Assembly: GCA_902765365.1 (NCBI GenBank)
Contig: CACWZK010000001.1
Span: 1-54,159 of the forward strand
From: an uncultured Lachnospiraceae bacterium
GTDB lineage: Bacteria; Bacillota; Clostridia; Lachnospirales; Lachnospiraceae
Length of the DNA: 54,159 nucleotides
Direction of reading: 5' to 3'
Part shown: piece after piece, positions 29,963 through 39,943 of the stretch
How the letters are laid out: each line of letters begins with the position of its first letter
How positions within the stretch are numbered: the stretch's first letter is position 1
Position numbers and translations under genes: made by a program
Notes under the pieces: model-generated
What the model was told of the DNA's origin: nothing
Seen by the model: only the letters and a program-made list of their open reading frames with translations
Databases searched by the model: none

Positions 29963-31320
29963 TGTTTAAAACATTTATCAACGCTTTTAAGGTAAAAGAT
30001 ATCAGAAAAAAACTGTTATTTACCCTTTTAATGCTCGTTATAGTGCGTCTCGGATGCCAGATAGCTTCTCCGGGTATCAACCAGGAGTTCGTCAAGCAGA
30101 TGATGGAAAGCCTCTTCGGCTCAGACGGAAACGGCGGTCTTGGAATCCTCGGTGCATTTACCGGCGGTTCGTTCGAGAGAATGTCTATTTTCGCACTTAA
30201 CATTACTCCGTACATCACTTCATCCATTATTATGCAGCTTATGACGATAGCTATTCCAAAGCTTGAGGAAATGCAGAATGAAGGCGAAGACGGACGTAAG
30301 AAGATCGCTGCCATCACAAGATATGTGACGGTTGGACTTGCATTAATCGAATCAGGTGCCATGGCAATCGGATTCGGTTCACAGGGGTTACTTACAGAGT
30401 ACAACGCATTAAACGTAATTACCGTAATTGCAGCTATGACAGCAGGTTCCGCATTCCTTATGTGGGCAGGTGAAAGAATTACAGAACACGGTGTAGGAAA
30501 CGGTATTTCCATTATCCTTATCATCAACATTATTTCATCCTTCCCTTCGGATGCAAAGACACTGTTCGAACAGTTCATAAAGAACAAATCGATTGCAATC
30601 GGTGTTCTTAATGCAGTAATTATACTTGCCGTAATAATTGTACTTATCTTAATGGTTATTTTCTTAAGTGACGGTACAAGAAAGATTCCTCTTCAGTATG
30701 CGAAGAAGATTCAGGGCAATAAGATGATGGGTGGCAACACAAGTTCGATTCCCATCAAAATCAATACGGCCGGAGTTATCCCCGTAATCTTTGCTTCATC
30801 GATTTTGCAGACCCCGATTATCATTTCCAATATGGTCGGATTCAACGGATCCGCCAAAGCCGAGACAGGCTTCTGGGGATGGGGCTACATCTGGGGCGAG
30901 CTCTTAAAGTTCATGAATGCGAGATACTGGTTTAACAAGAACGACATGATCTATACAATCGGAATAATCGTTTATGTATTCCTGGTAATATTCTTTGCCT
31001 ACTTCTATACATCGATTACTTTCAATCCTATGGAGATTGCCAACAACTTAAAGAAAGCCGGCGGATTCGTACCGGGCATCAGACCCGGCAAACCTACAAG
31101 CGATTATCTTAACACGGTACTCAACTATGTTATTTTCATCGGTGCCGTAGGACTTACAATCGTAGCGGTATATCCCTACGTATTCTCGGGACTCTTCGGA
31201 GCCAGCGTAAGTTTCGGCGGAACGAGTATCATCATCGTTGTCGGTGTTATCATCGAAACGGTTAAGCAGGTTGAGTCTCAGATGCTTGTTCGTAATTACA
31301 AAGGATTTTTAAATGACTAA
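29962..31320 (+). CDS. secY: Preprotein translocase subunit SecY
   Basis: ITPYITSSII, GVGNGIS, AGVIPVIFAS, PGIRPG, FGGTS. Confidence 0.98.
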   Translation: MFKTFINAFKVKDIRKKLLFTLLMLVIVRLGCQIASPGINQEFVKQMMESLFGSDGNGGLGILGAFTGGSFERMSIFALNITPYITSSIIMQLMTIAIPKLEEMQNEGEDGRKKIAAITRYVTVGLALIESGAMAIGFGSQGLLTEYNALNVITVIAAMTAGSAFLMWAGERITEHGVGNGISIILIINIISSFPSDAKTLFEQFIKNKSIAIGVLNAVIILAVIIVLILMVIFLSDGTRKIPLQYAKKIQGNKMMGGNTSSIPIKINTAGVIPVIFASSILQTPIIISNMVGFNGSAKAETGFWGWGYIWGELLKFMNARYWFNKNDMIYTIGIIVYVFLVIFFAYFYTSITFNPMEIANNLKKAGGFVPGIRPGKPTSDYLNTVLNYVIFIGAVGLTIVAVYPYVFSGLFGASVSFGGTSIIIVVGVIIETVKQVESQMLVRNYKGFLND

Positions 31321-31387
31321 ATAAAAGGACGAGGACACTCCGTTTAGGGGTGTCTTATCGTGCCTTGAGCGAAAAGGAAAAATCAGA

Positions 31388-32029
31388 ATGAAAATTGTTA
31401 TGCTTGGCGCACCCGGTGCGGGCAAAGGAACTCAGGCAAAAATGATTGCCGAGAAATATACCATCCCCCATATTTCCACAGGAGATATCTTCAGGGCTAA
31501 CATTAAGGAAGGAACACCGCTCGGACTTGAAGCTAAGTCTTATATGGATCAGGGTAAACTCGTTCCCGATGAACTCACGGTTAAGATTCTTCTTGACAGA
31601 GTAGCAAAGGACGACTGCAAGAACGGATACGTTCTCGACGGATTCCCCAGAACGATTCCTCAGGCGAATGTTTTAAAAGAAGCGCTTGCAAAGCAGAACG
31701 ATAAGATTGATTTTGCAATAAACGTCGACGTTCCCGATGAAAACATCGTAAGAAGAATGTCGGGAAGAAGAGCCTGTGTAACTTGCGGAGCAACATATCA
31801 CATCGAGCATGTGCCTCCCAAGAAAGAGGGCATTTGCGATAAGTGCGGAAGCGCTCTTATTTTAAGAGATGACGATAAGCCCGATACCGTATTAAACAGA
31901 TTAAAAGTTTATCACGACCAGACACAGCCTTTGATTGACTTCTATAATAACGAAGGAATCTTAAAAGAAGTTGACGGAACAATTGATGTAAAAGACGTCT
32001 TCGAAAGTATTGTAAAAATCCTCGGATAA
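31388..32029 (+). CDS. adk: Adenylate kinase
   Basis: [17 protein letters not shown], zinc-binding LID. Confidence 0.98.
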   Translation: MKIVMLGAPGAGKGTQAKMIAEKYTIPHISTGDIFRANIKEGTPLGLEAKSYMDQGKLVPDELTVKILLDRVAKDDCKNGYVLDGFPRTIPQANVLKEALAKQNDKIDFAINVDVPDENIVRRMSGRRACVTCGATYHIEHVPPKKEGICDKCGSALILRDDDKPDTVLNRLKVYHDQTQPLIDFYNNEGILKEVDGTIDVKDVFESIVKILG

Positions 32030-32102
32030 TTACAAATCGAAGAAAAGCATAAGTTTTCCGCCTCGGACAGATTCCAAAAGCGGAAAAAGAAGAGAGGTTA
32101 AA

Positions 32103-32861
32103 ATGGCAGTTTCAGTAAAATCTGAGAGAGAAATTGAATTGATGCGAGAGTCCTGCAGGATTTTAGGAGAGGTTCATGACAAGCTAAAAGAGATTATACG
32201 CCCGGGGATATCCACACTTGAGATAGATATCGAGGCCGAAAAGCTTATCAGAAGTTACGACTGCATACCGAACTTCCTTCATTACAACGGTTTCCCCGGA
32301 TCGATATGCGTATCAATCAATGAGGAAGTCGTACACGGAATTCCCAAGAAAGGCCGCAAGTTAAAAGAAGGCGACATCGTCAGCCTCGACTGCGGATGTA
32401 TTTACAAAGGGTATCATTCGGACGCTGCCAGAACATATCCGGTCGGCGAAGTTGATCCCGAACTTTTAAAACTCATAAAAGAAACAGAAAACTGCTTTTT
32501 CGAAGGCATTAAGTTCGCGAAGGAAGGCAATCATTTACATGATATATCAAACGCCATCGCGGATTACGCCGAAAAGTGCGGATACGGAATAGTTACCGCG
32601 CTCGTAGGACACGGAATCGGAACTTCACTTCATGAAGATCCGTCAATTCCGAATTATCACATGAACAACCGGGGCATCAAACTTGTGGCAGGCATGACAC
32701 TTGCCATCGAGCCCATGATAAACCTCGGAAGAGGTGATGTGGATTTCCTGGATGACGGCTGGACATGCGTCACAAGCGACAGACTTCCGTCGTCACACTA
32801 TGAGAACACAATTCTCATTACAAAGGGTGAACCTGAAATACTCACATTACCCAAACGATAA
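32103..32861 (+). CDS. map: Type I methionine aminopeptidase
   Basis: [29 protein letters not shown]. Confidence 0.97.
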   Translation: MAVSVKSEREIELMRESCRILGEVHDKLKEIIRPGISTLEIDIEAEKLIRSYDCIPNFLHYNGFPGSICVSINEEVVHGIPKKGRKLKEGDIVSLDCGCIYKGYHSDAARTYPVGEVDPELLKLIKETENCFFEGIKFAKEGNHLHDISNAIADYAEKCGYGIVTALVGHGIGTSLHEDPSIPNYHMNNRGIKLVAGMTLAIEPMINLGRGDVDFLDDGWTCVTSDRLPSSHYENTILITKGEPEILTLPKR

Positions 32862-32902
32862 ATTATGAAAGGATAGTAGCGATTAGTCGCCGGGTACAAG
32901 AA

Positions 32903-33121
32903 TTGTCAAAATTAGATGTTATTGAAATCGAAGGTGTTGTTACGGAGAAACTTCCCGGAACCCAGTTCAGGGTTGAACTCGAAAACGGCCACGAGGTTAT
33001 TGCTCACATCAGCGGTAAGCTCAGACAGAATTACATAAGAATTTATCCCGGGGATAAAGTTACTTTAGAAATGTCTCCCTATGATTTGTCCAAGGGACGT
33101 ATTATATGGAGAGAAAAATAA
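32903..33121 (+). CDS. infA: Translation initiation factor IF-1
   Basis: [23 protein letters not shown]; TTG start. Confidence 0.97.
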   Translation: MSKLDVIEIEGVVTEKLPGTQFRVELENGHEVIAHISGKLRQNYIRIYPGDKVTLEMSPYDLSKGRIIWREK

Positions 33122-33144
33122 ATCCTTAGCGGAAAAAATATTTC

Positions 33145-33173
33145 TTGCATACTTAATTTCCGCGTGTTACAAT
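33145..33173 (+). promoter_or_regulatory. Internal promoter for rpmJ and the alpha operon
   Basis: TTGCAT-17 nt-TACAAT with TGn extension. Confidence 0.75.
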
Positions 33174-33207
33174 GGTAAACGGACTTTTTTGAGAGGAGGG
33201 CTTTATC

Positions 33208-33321
33208 GTGAAAGTAAGATCATCGGTGAAACCAATTTGCGAAAAATGCAAAGTTATCAAAAGAAAAGGGAGAATCATGATAATCTGTGAGAATCCCAAG
33301 CACAAACAGAGACAAGGATAA
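33208..33321 (+). CDS. rpmJ: 50S ribosomal protein L36 (absent from the ORF track)
   Basis: GTG start after AGGAGG; translates [37 protein letters not shown]. Confidence 0.98.
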   Translation: MKVRSSVKPICEKCKVIKRKGRIMIICENPKHKQRQG

Positions 33322-33354
33322 TTCATATTCTTGTTCTATTTGTCGTTAAGCGGC

Positions 33355-33570
33355 TGCGGTCGATATTATTCCGTCAAATAATGTCGGCTAAAAATAAATG
33401 TGAGGAAGGCTATAGCCTGTCCGTGCATTTACTTTTTGATACCGAGAAGCAAGATCAAAGTATCGGAAAACCGGTTTATGCCGGTCGGGTAGAAATACCC
33501 CTATCATTTAGTAACTGTTAATCCGAATTCGCTATTTACCGCCGGATAGTCCGGGGCGCGAATTCAAAAG
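33355..33570 (+). ncRNA. Multi-hairpin leader upstream of rpsM (candidate S4-type autoregulatory leader)
   Basis: Six consecutive hairpins in a 269-nt spacer. Confidence 0.55.
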
Positions 33571-33590
33571 AAAATGGAGGAAAAAGAAAC

Positions 33591-33926
33591 ATGGCTCGTA
33601 TTGCTGGTGTTGACCTTCCGAGAGATAAGCGTGTTGAGATCGGTCTCACATATATCTACGGAATCGGCAGAGTAAGTTCAAACAAAATTCTTGAGGCAGC
33701 AAAGGTGGATCCCAACACTCGTGTAAGAGATCTTACCGATGATGAAGTTAAGGCAATCAGTGAAATCATCGCTGACTCTTACATGGTAGAAGGTGATTTA
33801 AAGAGAGAAGTTGCCCTTAACATTAAGAGACTTCAGGAAATCGGATGCTACAGAGGTATCCGTCACAGAAAAGGACTTCCTGTTCGTGGACAGAAGACGA
33901 AAACAAACGCTAGAACAAGAAATTAG
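33591..33926 (+). CDS. rpsM: 30S ribosomal protein S13, C-terminal tail missing
   Basis: [21 protein letters not shown]; ends NARTRN-stop at 111 aa. Confidence 0.95.
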   Translation: MARIAGVDLPRDKRVEIGLTYIYGIGRVSSNKILEAAKVDPNTRVRDLTDDEVKAISEIIADSYMVEGDLKREVALNIKRLQEIGCYRGIRHRKGLPVRGQKTKTNARTRN

Positions 33927-33981
33927 TCACTTTCATATTATATGGAAGAAAAACGATTTATAAGAAAGTAGGTTAGTTTTT

Positions 33982-34380
33982 ATGGCAAACAAAGCAGTAG
34001 CTAAAAAAGGCGCTAAAAAGCGTGTCAAGAAAAACGTTGAACATGGACAGGCACATATCCAGGCATCTTTCAATAATACAATCGTTACCATCACAGACGC
34101 TGAAGGTAATGCATTAAGCTGGGCAAGTGCAGGTGGTCTTGGTTTTAGAGGTTCAAAGAAATCTACTCCGTATGCAGCTCAGATGGCTTCAGAGACAGCT
34201 ACAAAGGCAGCTCTCGTTCACGGATTAAAAACAGTAGATGTATTTGTAAAAGGACCCGGAACAGGAAGAGAAGCAGCTATCAGAGCATTAGCAGCTTGTG
34301 GCTTACAGGTTACAACAATCACAGACGTTACACCCGTTCCCCATAACGGATGCCGTCCTCCCAAGCGCAGAAGAGTTTGA
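33982..34380 (+). CDS. rpsK: 30S ribosomal protein S11
   Basis: [28 protein letters not shown]. Confidence 0.98.
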   Translation: MANKAVAKKGAKKRVKKNVEHGQAHIQASFNNTIVTITDAEGNALSWASAGGLGFRGSKKSTPYAAQMASETATKAALVHGLKTVDVFVKGPGTGREAAIRALAACGLQVTTITDVTPVPHNGCRPPKRRRV

Positions 34381-34433
34381 TGGACAGTTCGTTGTGATTA
34401 TTGGATTGGTATAATTTAGGAGGAAACAAAAAA

Positions 34434-35030
34434 ATGGCAGTAGATAGAACGCCTGTGTTAAAAAGATGCAGACATCTTGGTATCGAGCCCATGGTTTTGG
34501 GTTATGACAAGAAGTCTAACAGAAAGTTTTTACATGAAGGAAGAGGTAAAAAATCTGAGTACGCCAACCAGTTAAGAGAAAAGCAGAAAGCTAAATTCAT
34601 CTACGGTGTACTTGAGAAACCTTTCAGAAATTACTATGAAAAGGCTGACCGTATGAAGGGTATGACAGGTGAAAACCTTATGATCCTTCTTGAGTCAAGA
34701 CTTGATAATGTTGTATTCCGTGCAGGATTTGCAAGAACACGTCGTGAAGCACGTCAGATGGTAGATCACAAATTTTTCCTTGTAAACGGAAAAACAGTTA
34801 ATATACCTTCATATCTTATCAAAGCCGGCGACGTAATCGAAGTTAAAGAAAAGAGTCGTTCAACACAGAGAATTAAAGATGTATTCGAAGTAACGGACGG
34901 AAGACTTACTCCCAACTGGATGGAAGCAGATCATGAAGCTTTCAAGGTAGAGGTTAAGTCACTTCCCACCAGAGAGGAAATTGACGTTCCCGTAGACGAG
35001 ATGCTTATCGTCGAATTGTATTCGAAATAA
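34434..35030 (+). CDS. rpsD: 30S ribosomal protein S4
   Basis: QLREKQK, LESRLDNVVFR, VELYSK. Confidence 0.98.
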   Translation: MAVDRTPVLKRCRHLGIEPMVLGYDKKSNRKFLHEGRGKKSEYANQLREKQKAKFIYGVLEKPFRNYYEKADRMKGMTGENLMILLESRLDNVVFRAGFARTRREARQMVDHKFFLVNGKTVNIPSYLIKAGDVIEVKEKSRSTQRIKDVFEVTDGRLTPNWMEADHEAFKVEVKSLPTREEIDVPVDEMLIVELYSK

Positions 35031-35058
35031 TAGCATAGCATGATAAGGAGGGTAGTAA

Positions 35059-36021
35059 ATGTTAGCATTTGATTTTGACAACCCCAACATCGAGGTAGTT
35101 GAGATTTCAGAGGATAATAAGTACGGAAGATTCGTTGTAGAGCCCCTTGAGAGAGGCTACGGAATTACACTTGGCAACTCGCTTAGACGTATCATGCTTG
35201 CTTCATTACCCGGAGCAGCTGTAAGCAAGGTTAAAATCGACGGTGTACAGCATGAATTTTCATCCATCAAGGGTGTTAAGGAAGATGTAACCGAGATTAT
35301 CATGAACATTAAGAATCTTGCAATCAAGGACAGCTCCGATAATGACGAGCCCAAGAAAGCATACATTGATTTCACGGGCGAAGGCGTAGTTCGCGCATCA
35401 GATATTCATTTCGGTGATGATGTTCAGGTAATGAATCCTGACCAGGTAATTGCCACCATCAGCGGCAAGAACAACGGTTTATACATCGACCTTACAATTA
35501 CCAAGGGCAGAGGCTACGTAAGTTCTGACAAGAACAAAGACGAAAGCACACCCATCGGAACAATTGCAATCGACTCAATCTACACACCCGTAGAGAGAGT
35601 AAACGTAACAGTTGAAAACACACGTGTAGGCCAGATGACAGATTATGACAAGCTTACACTTGATGTTTACACAAACGGAACACTCGGTCCCGACGATGCA
35701 GTAAGTCTTGCAGCAAAGGTTCTTTCCGAGCACCTTAAGTTGTTCATCAACTTATCGGAGAATGCAAGAAACGCAGAAGTTATGGTTGAGAAAGAGGAAG
35801 ACGACAAGGGCAAAGTGCTTGAAATGAGCATCGAAGAACTTGAACTCTCTGTTCGTTCATTCAACTGCTTGAAGAGAGCCAACATCAATACCGTTGAGGA
35901 ACTTGTAAACAAGACATCCGACGAAATGATGAAGGTTCGTAACTTGGGACGTAAGTCACTTGACGAAGTTCTTCAGAAATTAAAAGACCTTGATCTTCAC
36001 TTAAAAGACAGCGAAGACTGA
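35059..36021 (+). CDS. rpoA: RNA polymerase alpha subunit
   Basis: [35 protein letters not shown]. Confidence 0.98.
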   Translation: MLAFDFDNPNIEVVEISEDNKYGRFVVEPLERGYGITLGNSLRRIMLASLPGAAVSKVKIDGVQHEFSSIKGVKEDVTEIIMNIKNLAIKDSSDNDEPKKAYIDFTGEGVVRASDIHFGDDVQVMNPDQVIATISGKNNGLYIDLTITKGRGYVSSDKNKDESTPIGTIAIDSIYTPVERVNVTVENTRVGQMTDYDKLTLDVYTNGTLGPDDAVSLAAKVLSEHLKLFINLSENARNAEVMVEKEEDDKGKVLEMSIEELELSVRSFNCLKRANINTVEELVNKTSDEMMKVRNLGRKSLDEVLQKLKDLDLHLKDSED

Positions 36022-36138
36022 GATAAAAAAATGCGGTAAGACTGAAAAGCACGCAGGTAACTCTGAAATGGAAATGGTTCAGGGCAAGTAAGACCAAAGG
36101 CGTTGACCGGGACCCCAGGTTTGGAAAAGGAGAAAAAA

Positions 36139-36675
36139 ATGGCAAAGTACAGAAAATTAAGCAGAACAAGTGCACAGAGAAAAGCACTTCTTCGTAACCA
36201 GGTAACAGCACTTTTATACTATGGCAGAATCGAAACAACCGAAGCTAAGGCTAAGGAAATTCGTAAGATTGCCGAAAGCCTCATCGCTTTGGGTGTAAAA
36301 GAAAAAGACAACTATGAACTCGTTAAGGTTCAGGGTAAAGTTGCTCGTAAAGACAAAGACGGCAAGAGAGTAAAAGAAGTTGTAGACGGTAAGAAAGTTA
36401 CAGTTTATGACGAAGTTGAAAAGGAAATCAAGAAGGACAACCCTTCAAGATTACATGCTCGTCGTCAGATGTTAAAGGTTCTTCAGCCTGTTGTAAGCGT
36501 TCCCAAGGATAACGCAGGCAAGAAGAAAGCAACAAAGAAAGTTGACATGGTTGCAAAGATTTTCGATGAACTCGGACCTAAGTATGCTGACCGTAAAGGC
36601 GGTTATACAAGAATTATCAAAGTTGGTCCCCGTAAGGGCGATGCAGCTATGATGGTTATCATCGAATTAGTATAA
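36139..36675 (+). CDS. rplQ: 50S ribosomal protein L17 with internal insertion
   Basis: [32 protein letters not shown]. Confidence 0.97.
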   Translation: MAKYRKLSRTSAQRKALLRNQVTALLYYGRIETTEAKAKEIRKIAESLIALGVKEKDNYELVKVQGKVARKDKDGKRVKEVVDGKKVTVYDEVEKEIKKDNPSRLHARRQMLKVLQPVVSVPKDNAGKKKATKKVDMVAKIFDELGPKYADRKGGYTRIIKVGPRKGDAAMMVIIELV

Positions 36676-36701
36676 TTTTTACAATATTTTAAGAACTTTA
36701 G

Positions 36702-36753
36702 GACTTCCTATTCACGATAAAATAAGTTATAATCGTGAATAGGGAGTTTTTTT
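36702..36753 (+). terminator. Terminator of the alpha operon
   Basis: ACTTCCTATTCACGAT...ATCGTGAATAGGGAGT followed by a T-tract. Confidence 0.85.
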
Positions 36754-36806
36754 CTTCTTAAAATTTTATTTCATATCATATATTGAAAAGGGGAGGATTA
36801 ATTAGT

Positions 36807-37853
36807 ATGAATTTTGAAGAACTCGTGGAATATGCGAAACAGAATAAATGTTCCGATATTCATATCACAGTAGGAACAAACCTTGCAATTCGTAGATACG
36901 GAACGCTTGAGATTTTGGAGCCTTCACCCACTGCAGAAGAATCGAGAAACATGATTTTCTCATTCCTTGATCAGGAGCAGGTTGAAAGAGTATCCAGAGG
37001 CGAAGATCTCGATGTTGGTTGTATGCTTTGGGACGGCACACGTATCAGAGCGAACATCTATCATCAGAGAAATAACCTTGCAGCAAGTATCCGTCTTTTA
37101 AATCAGTATATACCTACATTTGAGGAACTCGGACTTCCTCCTGTAGTTAGAGATCTTGCAGAAATGCCCAGAGGTCTTGTTCTTGTTACAGGGCCTACAG
37201 GTTCAGGTAAATCAACCACACTTGCTTCGATGGTTGACTATATCAACAAAACAACATCAAGACATATCATGACAATCGAGGATCCTATCGAATATGTATA
37301 TCCTCATAACAAGGCTATGATTCACCAGAGAGAGGTAGGTAAGGACGTTAAATCCTTCGCAACAGCTCTTCGTTCGGCTCTTCGTGAAGACCCCGATATC
37401 ATCCTCGTAGGTGAAATGCGTGACTTCGAAACAATTTCCGCTGCTATTACAGCTGCAGAAACCGGTCACCTCGTATTGTCAACACTTCATACAACTTCAG
37501 CTGCTCAGACAGTAGAACGTGTTATCGATGCTACTCCTCTTGAAGGACAGGATCAGATCAGAACCCAGTTCTCCAACGTTATCCGTGGTGTCATCACACA
37601 GTGTCTCCTTCCTGCAGCAGATGGAAACGGACGTCATGTTGCTACAGAAATCATGGTTGCTAACGCAGCTATCGGTAACCTCATTCGTGAGAAGAAGACA
37701 ATTCAGATTCCTTCTTCAATCCAGGGTGGCCGTGCACAGGGCATGCATCTTCTTAACGATGATCTTGCTTCACTCGTACATCGTGAGAAGATTACCAAGG
37801 AAGAAGCTATGAAGGTTTCCAACGATCCTGCTTCACTTGACAAGATGTGCTAA
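36807..37853 (+). CDS. pilT: Type IV pilus retraction ATPase PilT/PilU family
   Basis: SDIHI, GPTGSGKSTT, TIEDPIE, ALREDPDIILVGEMRD, AAETGHLVLSTLHT, AIGNLIRE. Confidence 0.93.
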   Translation: MNFEELVEYAKQNKCSDIHITVGTNLAIRRYGTLEILEPSPTAEESRNMIFSFLDQEQVERVSRGEDLDVGCMLWDGTRIRANIYHQRNNLAASIRLLNQYIPTFEELGLPPVVRDLAEMPRGLVLVTGPTGSGKSTTLASMVDYINKTTSRHIMTIEDPIEYVYPHNKAMIHQREVGKDVKSFATALRSALREDPDIILVGEMRDFETISAAITAAETGHLVLSTLHTTSAAQTVERVIDATPLEGQDQIRTQFSNVIRGVITQCLLPAADGNGRHVATEIMVANAAIGNLIREKKTIQIPSSIQGGRAQGMHLLNDDLASLVHREKITKEEAMKVSNDPASLDKMC

Positions 37854-37880
37854 TTTTAAAAGGCAGAATATCAGTATTTA

Positions 37881-38822
37881 ATGAATGAATCACTTAAAAA
37901 TTCAAAATACGGTTTAAACAGGGGCAATCTTAAAATGATTGCCCTGTTTTGTATGGCTTTGGACCATATCGCCGCAATAGTCTTAACCGCATGGCAGAAT
38001 ACGTTAATTAAGGACACTCCCTTATATATTTTCGATAATTTCCTGATAATATTTTTAAGACTTATCGGCAGACTGGCATTCCCGATTTTCTGCTTTTTTA
38101 TAGTGGAAGGCCTGATACATACAAGAAATGTATATAAATACGCGTTCAGACTTCTCCTGCTTGCTTTGCTTTCCGAAATACCTTTTGATTTGGCTCACAC
38201 GGCGAAGCTTATTGATTTTAACGATCAGAATGTATTCTGGACATTGTTTCTGGGGCTTGTAGCCATATACTGCATTGAAGGATTATACAGGAAATTCAAA
38301 TTAAAAAAACCGGCTTTATATCTTTTGATTTTTATAATCGCTCTGCTTGCGGATACAGTGGCTTACACCATAAACTGCGACTACGGGGCTTTTGGCGTTT
38401 CGACCATAATCATCATTTACCTGGTCGGAAGAAAAGAATACTTCATGCCTTTTGTAATAAACGGACTGGCATTGATAAATTTTTACTTTGTATTAATAAA
38501 CCTTAAGGGAATCGACTATGGAGAGAATGCGGATCTCGCACCGATTGCGTTTGCCGTGTATATTACTTTTGTACTGACGGTTTCCTCGGTTGCACTTTTT
38601 TTCACCAAATTCATAAAAAACAAAAACTCACGCAAAATGTACGCAGCCTGCGTTACGCTAAGCGCAATGTCTTTTGATGAAGCGGCAGCGCTTGTAAATG
38701 TTTTGCTGATGAAATATTATAACGGTGAAAAAGGCAGAAAAATCGGCTGGATCTTTTACCTTTTTTATCCGCTTCACTTTTTGATTCTCGCAGGCATATG
38801 CAAATTGCTGGGGTTTTATTGA
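37881..38822 (+). CDS. traX: TraX-family membrane protein
   Basis: LKMIA...DHIA, IGRLAFPIF, EG..HTRN, SEIPFD, QNVFWTL, YNGEKG, FYLFYPLH. Confidence 0.85.
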   Translation: MNESLKNSKYGLNRGNLKMIALFCMALDHIAAIVLTAWQNTLIKDTPLYIFDNFLIIFLRLIGRLAFPIFCFFIVEGLIHTRNVYKYAFRLLLLALLSEIPFDLAHTAKLIDFNDQNVFWTLFLGLVAIYCIEGLYRKFKLKKPALYLLIFIIALLADTVAYTINCDYGAFGVSTIIIIYLVGRKEYFMPFVINGLALINFYFVLINLKGIDYGENADLAPIAFAVYITFVLTVSSVALFFTKFIKNKNSRKMYAACVTLSAMSFDEAAALVNVLLMKYYNGEKGRKIGWIFYLFYPLHFLILAGICKLLGFY

Positions 38823-38856
38823 GCTGAAATTAAATGCCGCGTTTGTATCCTAACGG

Positions 38857-39008
38857 GGGAATCGGACCCGCACGATACACCGCGGGCACGCTCCCGCTAA
38901 CGCTTCGCACGTAACCCCACTAAACTCGCCTTCGCACGTATGTGCTCGGCTCGTTAAGTGGCGACGGCGAATCATTACCCGCTTGTGCATCATACGGGTC
39001 CGATTCCC
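38857..39008 (-). repeat. ~150-bp structured element with 24-bp terminal inverted repeats (MITE-like or ncRNA)
   Basis: GGGAATCGGACCCGCACGATACAC / GTGCATCATACGGGTCCGATTCCC; the three mismatches are G-U pairs only on the minus strand. Confidence 0.7.
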
Positions 39009-39053
39009 ACACTATGTGCGACCCGCGGGAAAGTTTTACTTCAGGAGAAATAA

Positions 39054-39905
39054 TTGGATATTATTAAGGCTGAGAATTTAATATTTGAATATAAAAGACG
39101 CGATGAGGACGGTAACATCGAGAGCGTAGAGCGTGCCTTGGATAATGTCTCCCTGGATGTAAAAGAGGGGGATTTTATATCCATCCTTGGTGCGAACGGG
39201 TCCGGTAAATCGACCTTTGCGAAGCATCTTAATGCGATTCTTTTACCCACCGAAGGGACTGTATGGGTTGACGGAATGGACTCGAAGGATGAGGATAAAC
39301 TTTTTACCATCAGACAGACCGCGGGAATGGTTTTCCAGAATCCCGACAATCAGATAATCGGTCAGGTCGTTGAGGAAGATGTTGCTTTCGGACCCGAGAA
39401 TATGGGTATTCCGACAGAGCAGCTTCGAGAGAGAGTCGATGAAGCTTTAAAGACCCTGGGAATGATGGAGTTTTCAAAAAAGTCTCCGAACAGACTCTCG
39501 GGCGGTCAGAAGCAGAGAGTATCGATTGCGGGCGTGCTTGCGATGCACCCTAAATGTATAGTGCTTGACGAACCGACGGCGATGCTCGATCCCGCGGGCA
39601 GAAAAGAAGTAATAAGAGCGCTTCGTGCTTTAAACGAAGTGGAAAAAATCACGATTATTCTTATCACCCACTACATGGAAGAGACCATATATTCGGATAA
39701 AATATTCGTGATGAACAAAGGCAAGATTGCCATGGAAGGTACACCGCGTGAGGTATTTAAACGCGTGGAGGAACTTGAAGAATACAAGCTCGAGGTACCG
39801 AAGATAACTTTACTTGCACATGAACTTTGGAAAAAAGGAATAGATATTCCCGAGTGTATTTTGTCGGATAAGGAACTTGCGGAAGCACTTAAAAAACTGG
39901 TTTAA
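39054..39905 (+). CDS. ecfA1: ECF transporter ATPase A1
   Basis: GANGSGKST, VFQNPDNQ, LSGGQKQR, LDEPTAMLDP. Confidence 0.95.
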   Translation: MDIIKAENLIFEYKRRDEDGNIESVERALDNVSLDVKEGDFISILGANGSGKSTFAKHLNAILLPTEGTVWVDGMDSKDEDKLFTIRQTAGMVFQNPDNQIIGQVVEEDVAFGPENMGIPTEQLRERVDEALKTLGMMEFSKKSPNRLSGGQKQRVSIAGVLAMHPKCIVLDEPTAMLDPAGRKEVIRALRALNEVEKITIILITHYMEETIYSDKIFVMNKGKIAMEGTPREVFKRVEELEEYKLEVPKITLLAHELWKKGIDIPECILSDKELAEALKKLV

Positions 39906-39943
39906 CCGGGGAATTTCACGATATATCTTTTAGGAAAAATAAA

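Noticed and set aside
31326-31365. Hairpin between secY and adk as an ncRNA
   Set aside because: Short simple hairpin, adequately explained as a processing or attenuation structure.
33081-33290. Track ORF 33081-33290
   Set aside because: Shadow frame; the real gene is rpmJ at 33208-33321.
33924-33981. Stop read-through or frameshift restoring the S13 tail
   Set aside because: None of the three frames after RTR encodes a KGP...KKK-like tail.
38857-39030. Functional tRNA gene
   Set aside because: Only T-arm-like termini; no D arm, anticodon arm or acceptor stem of a cloverleaf.
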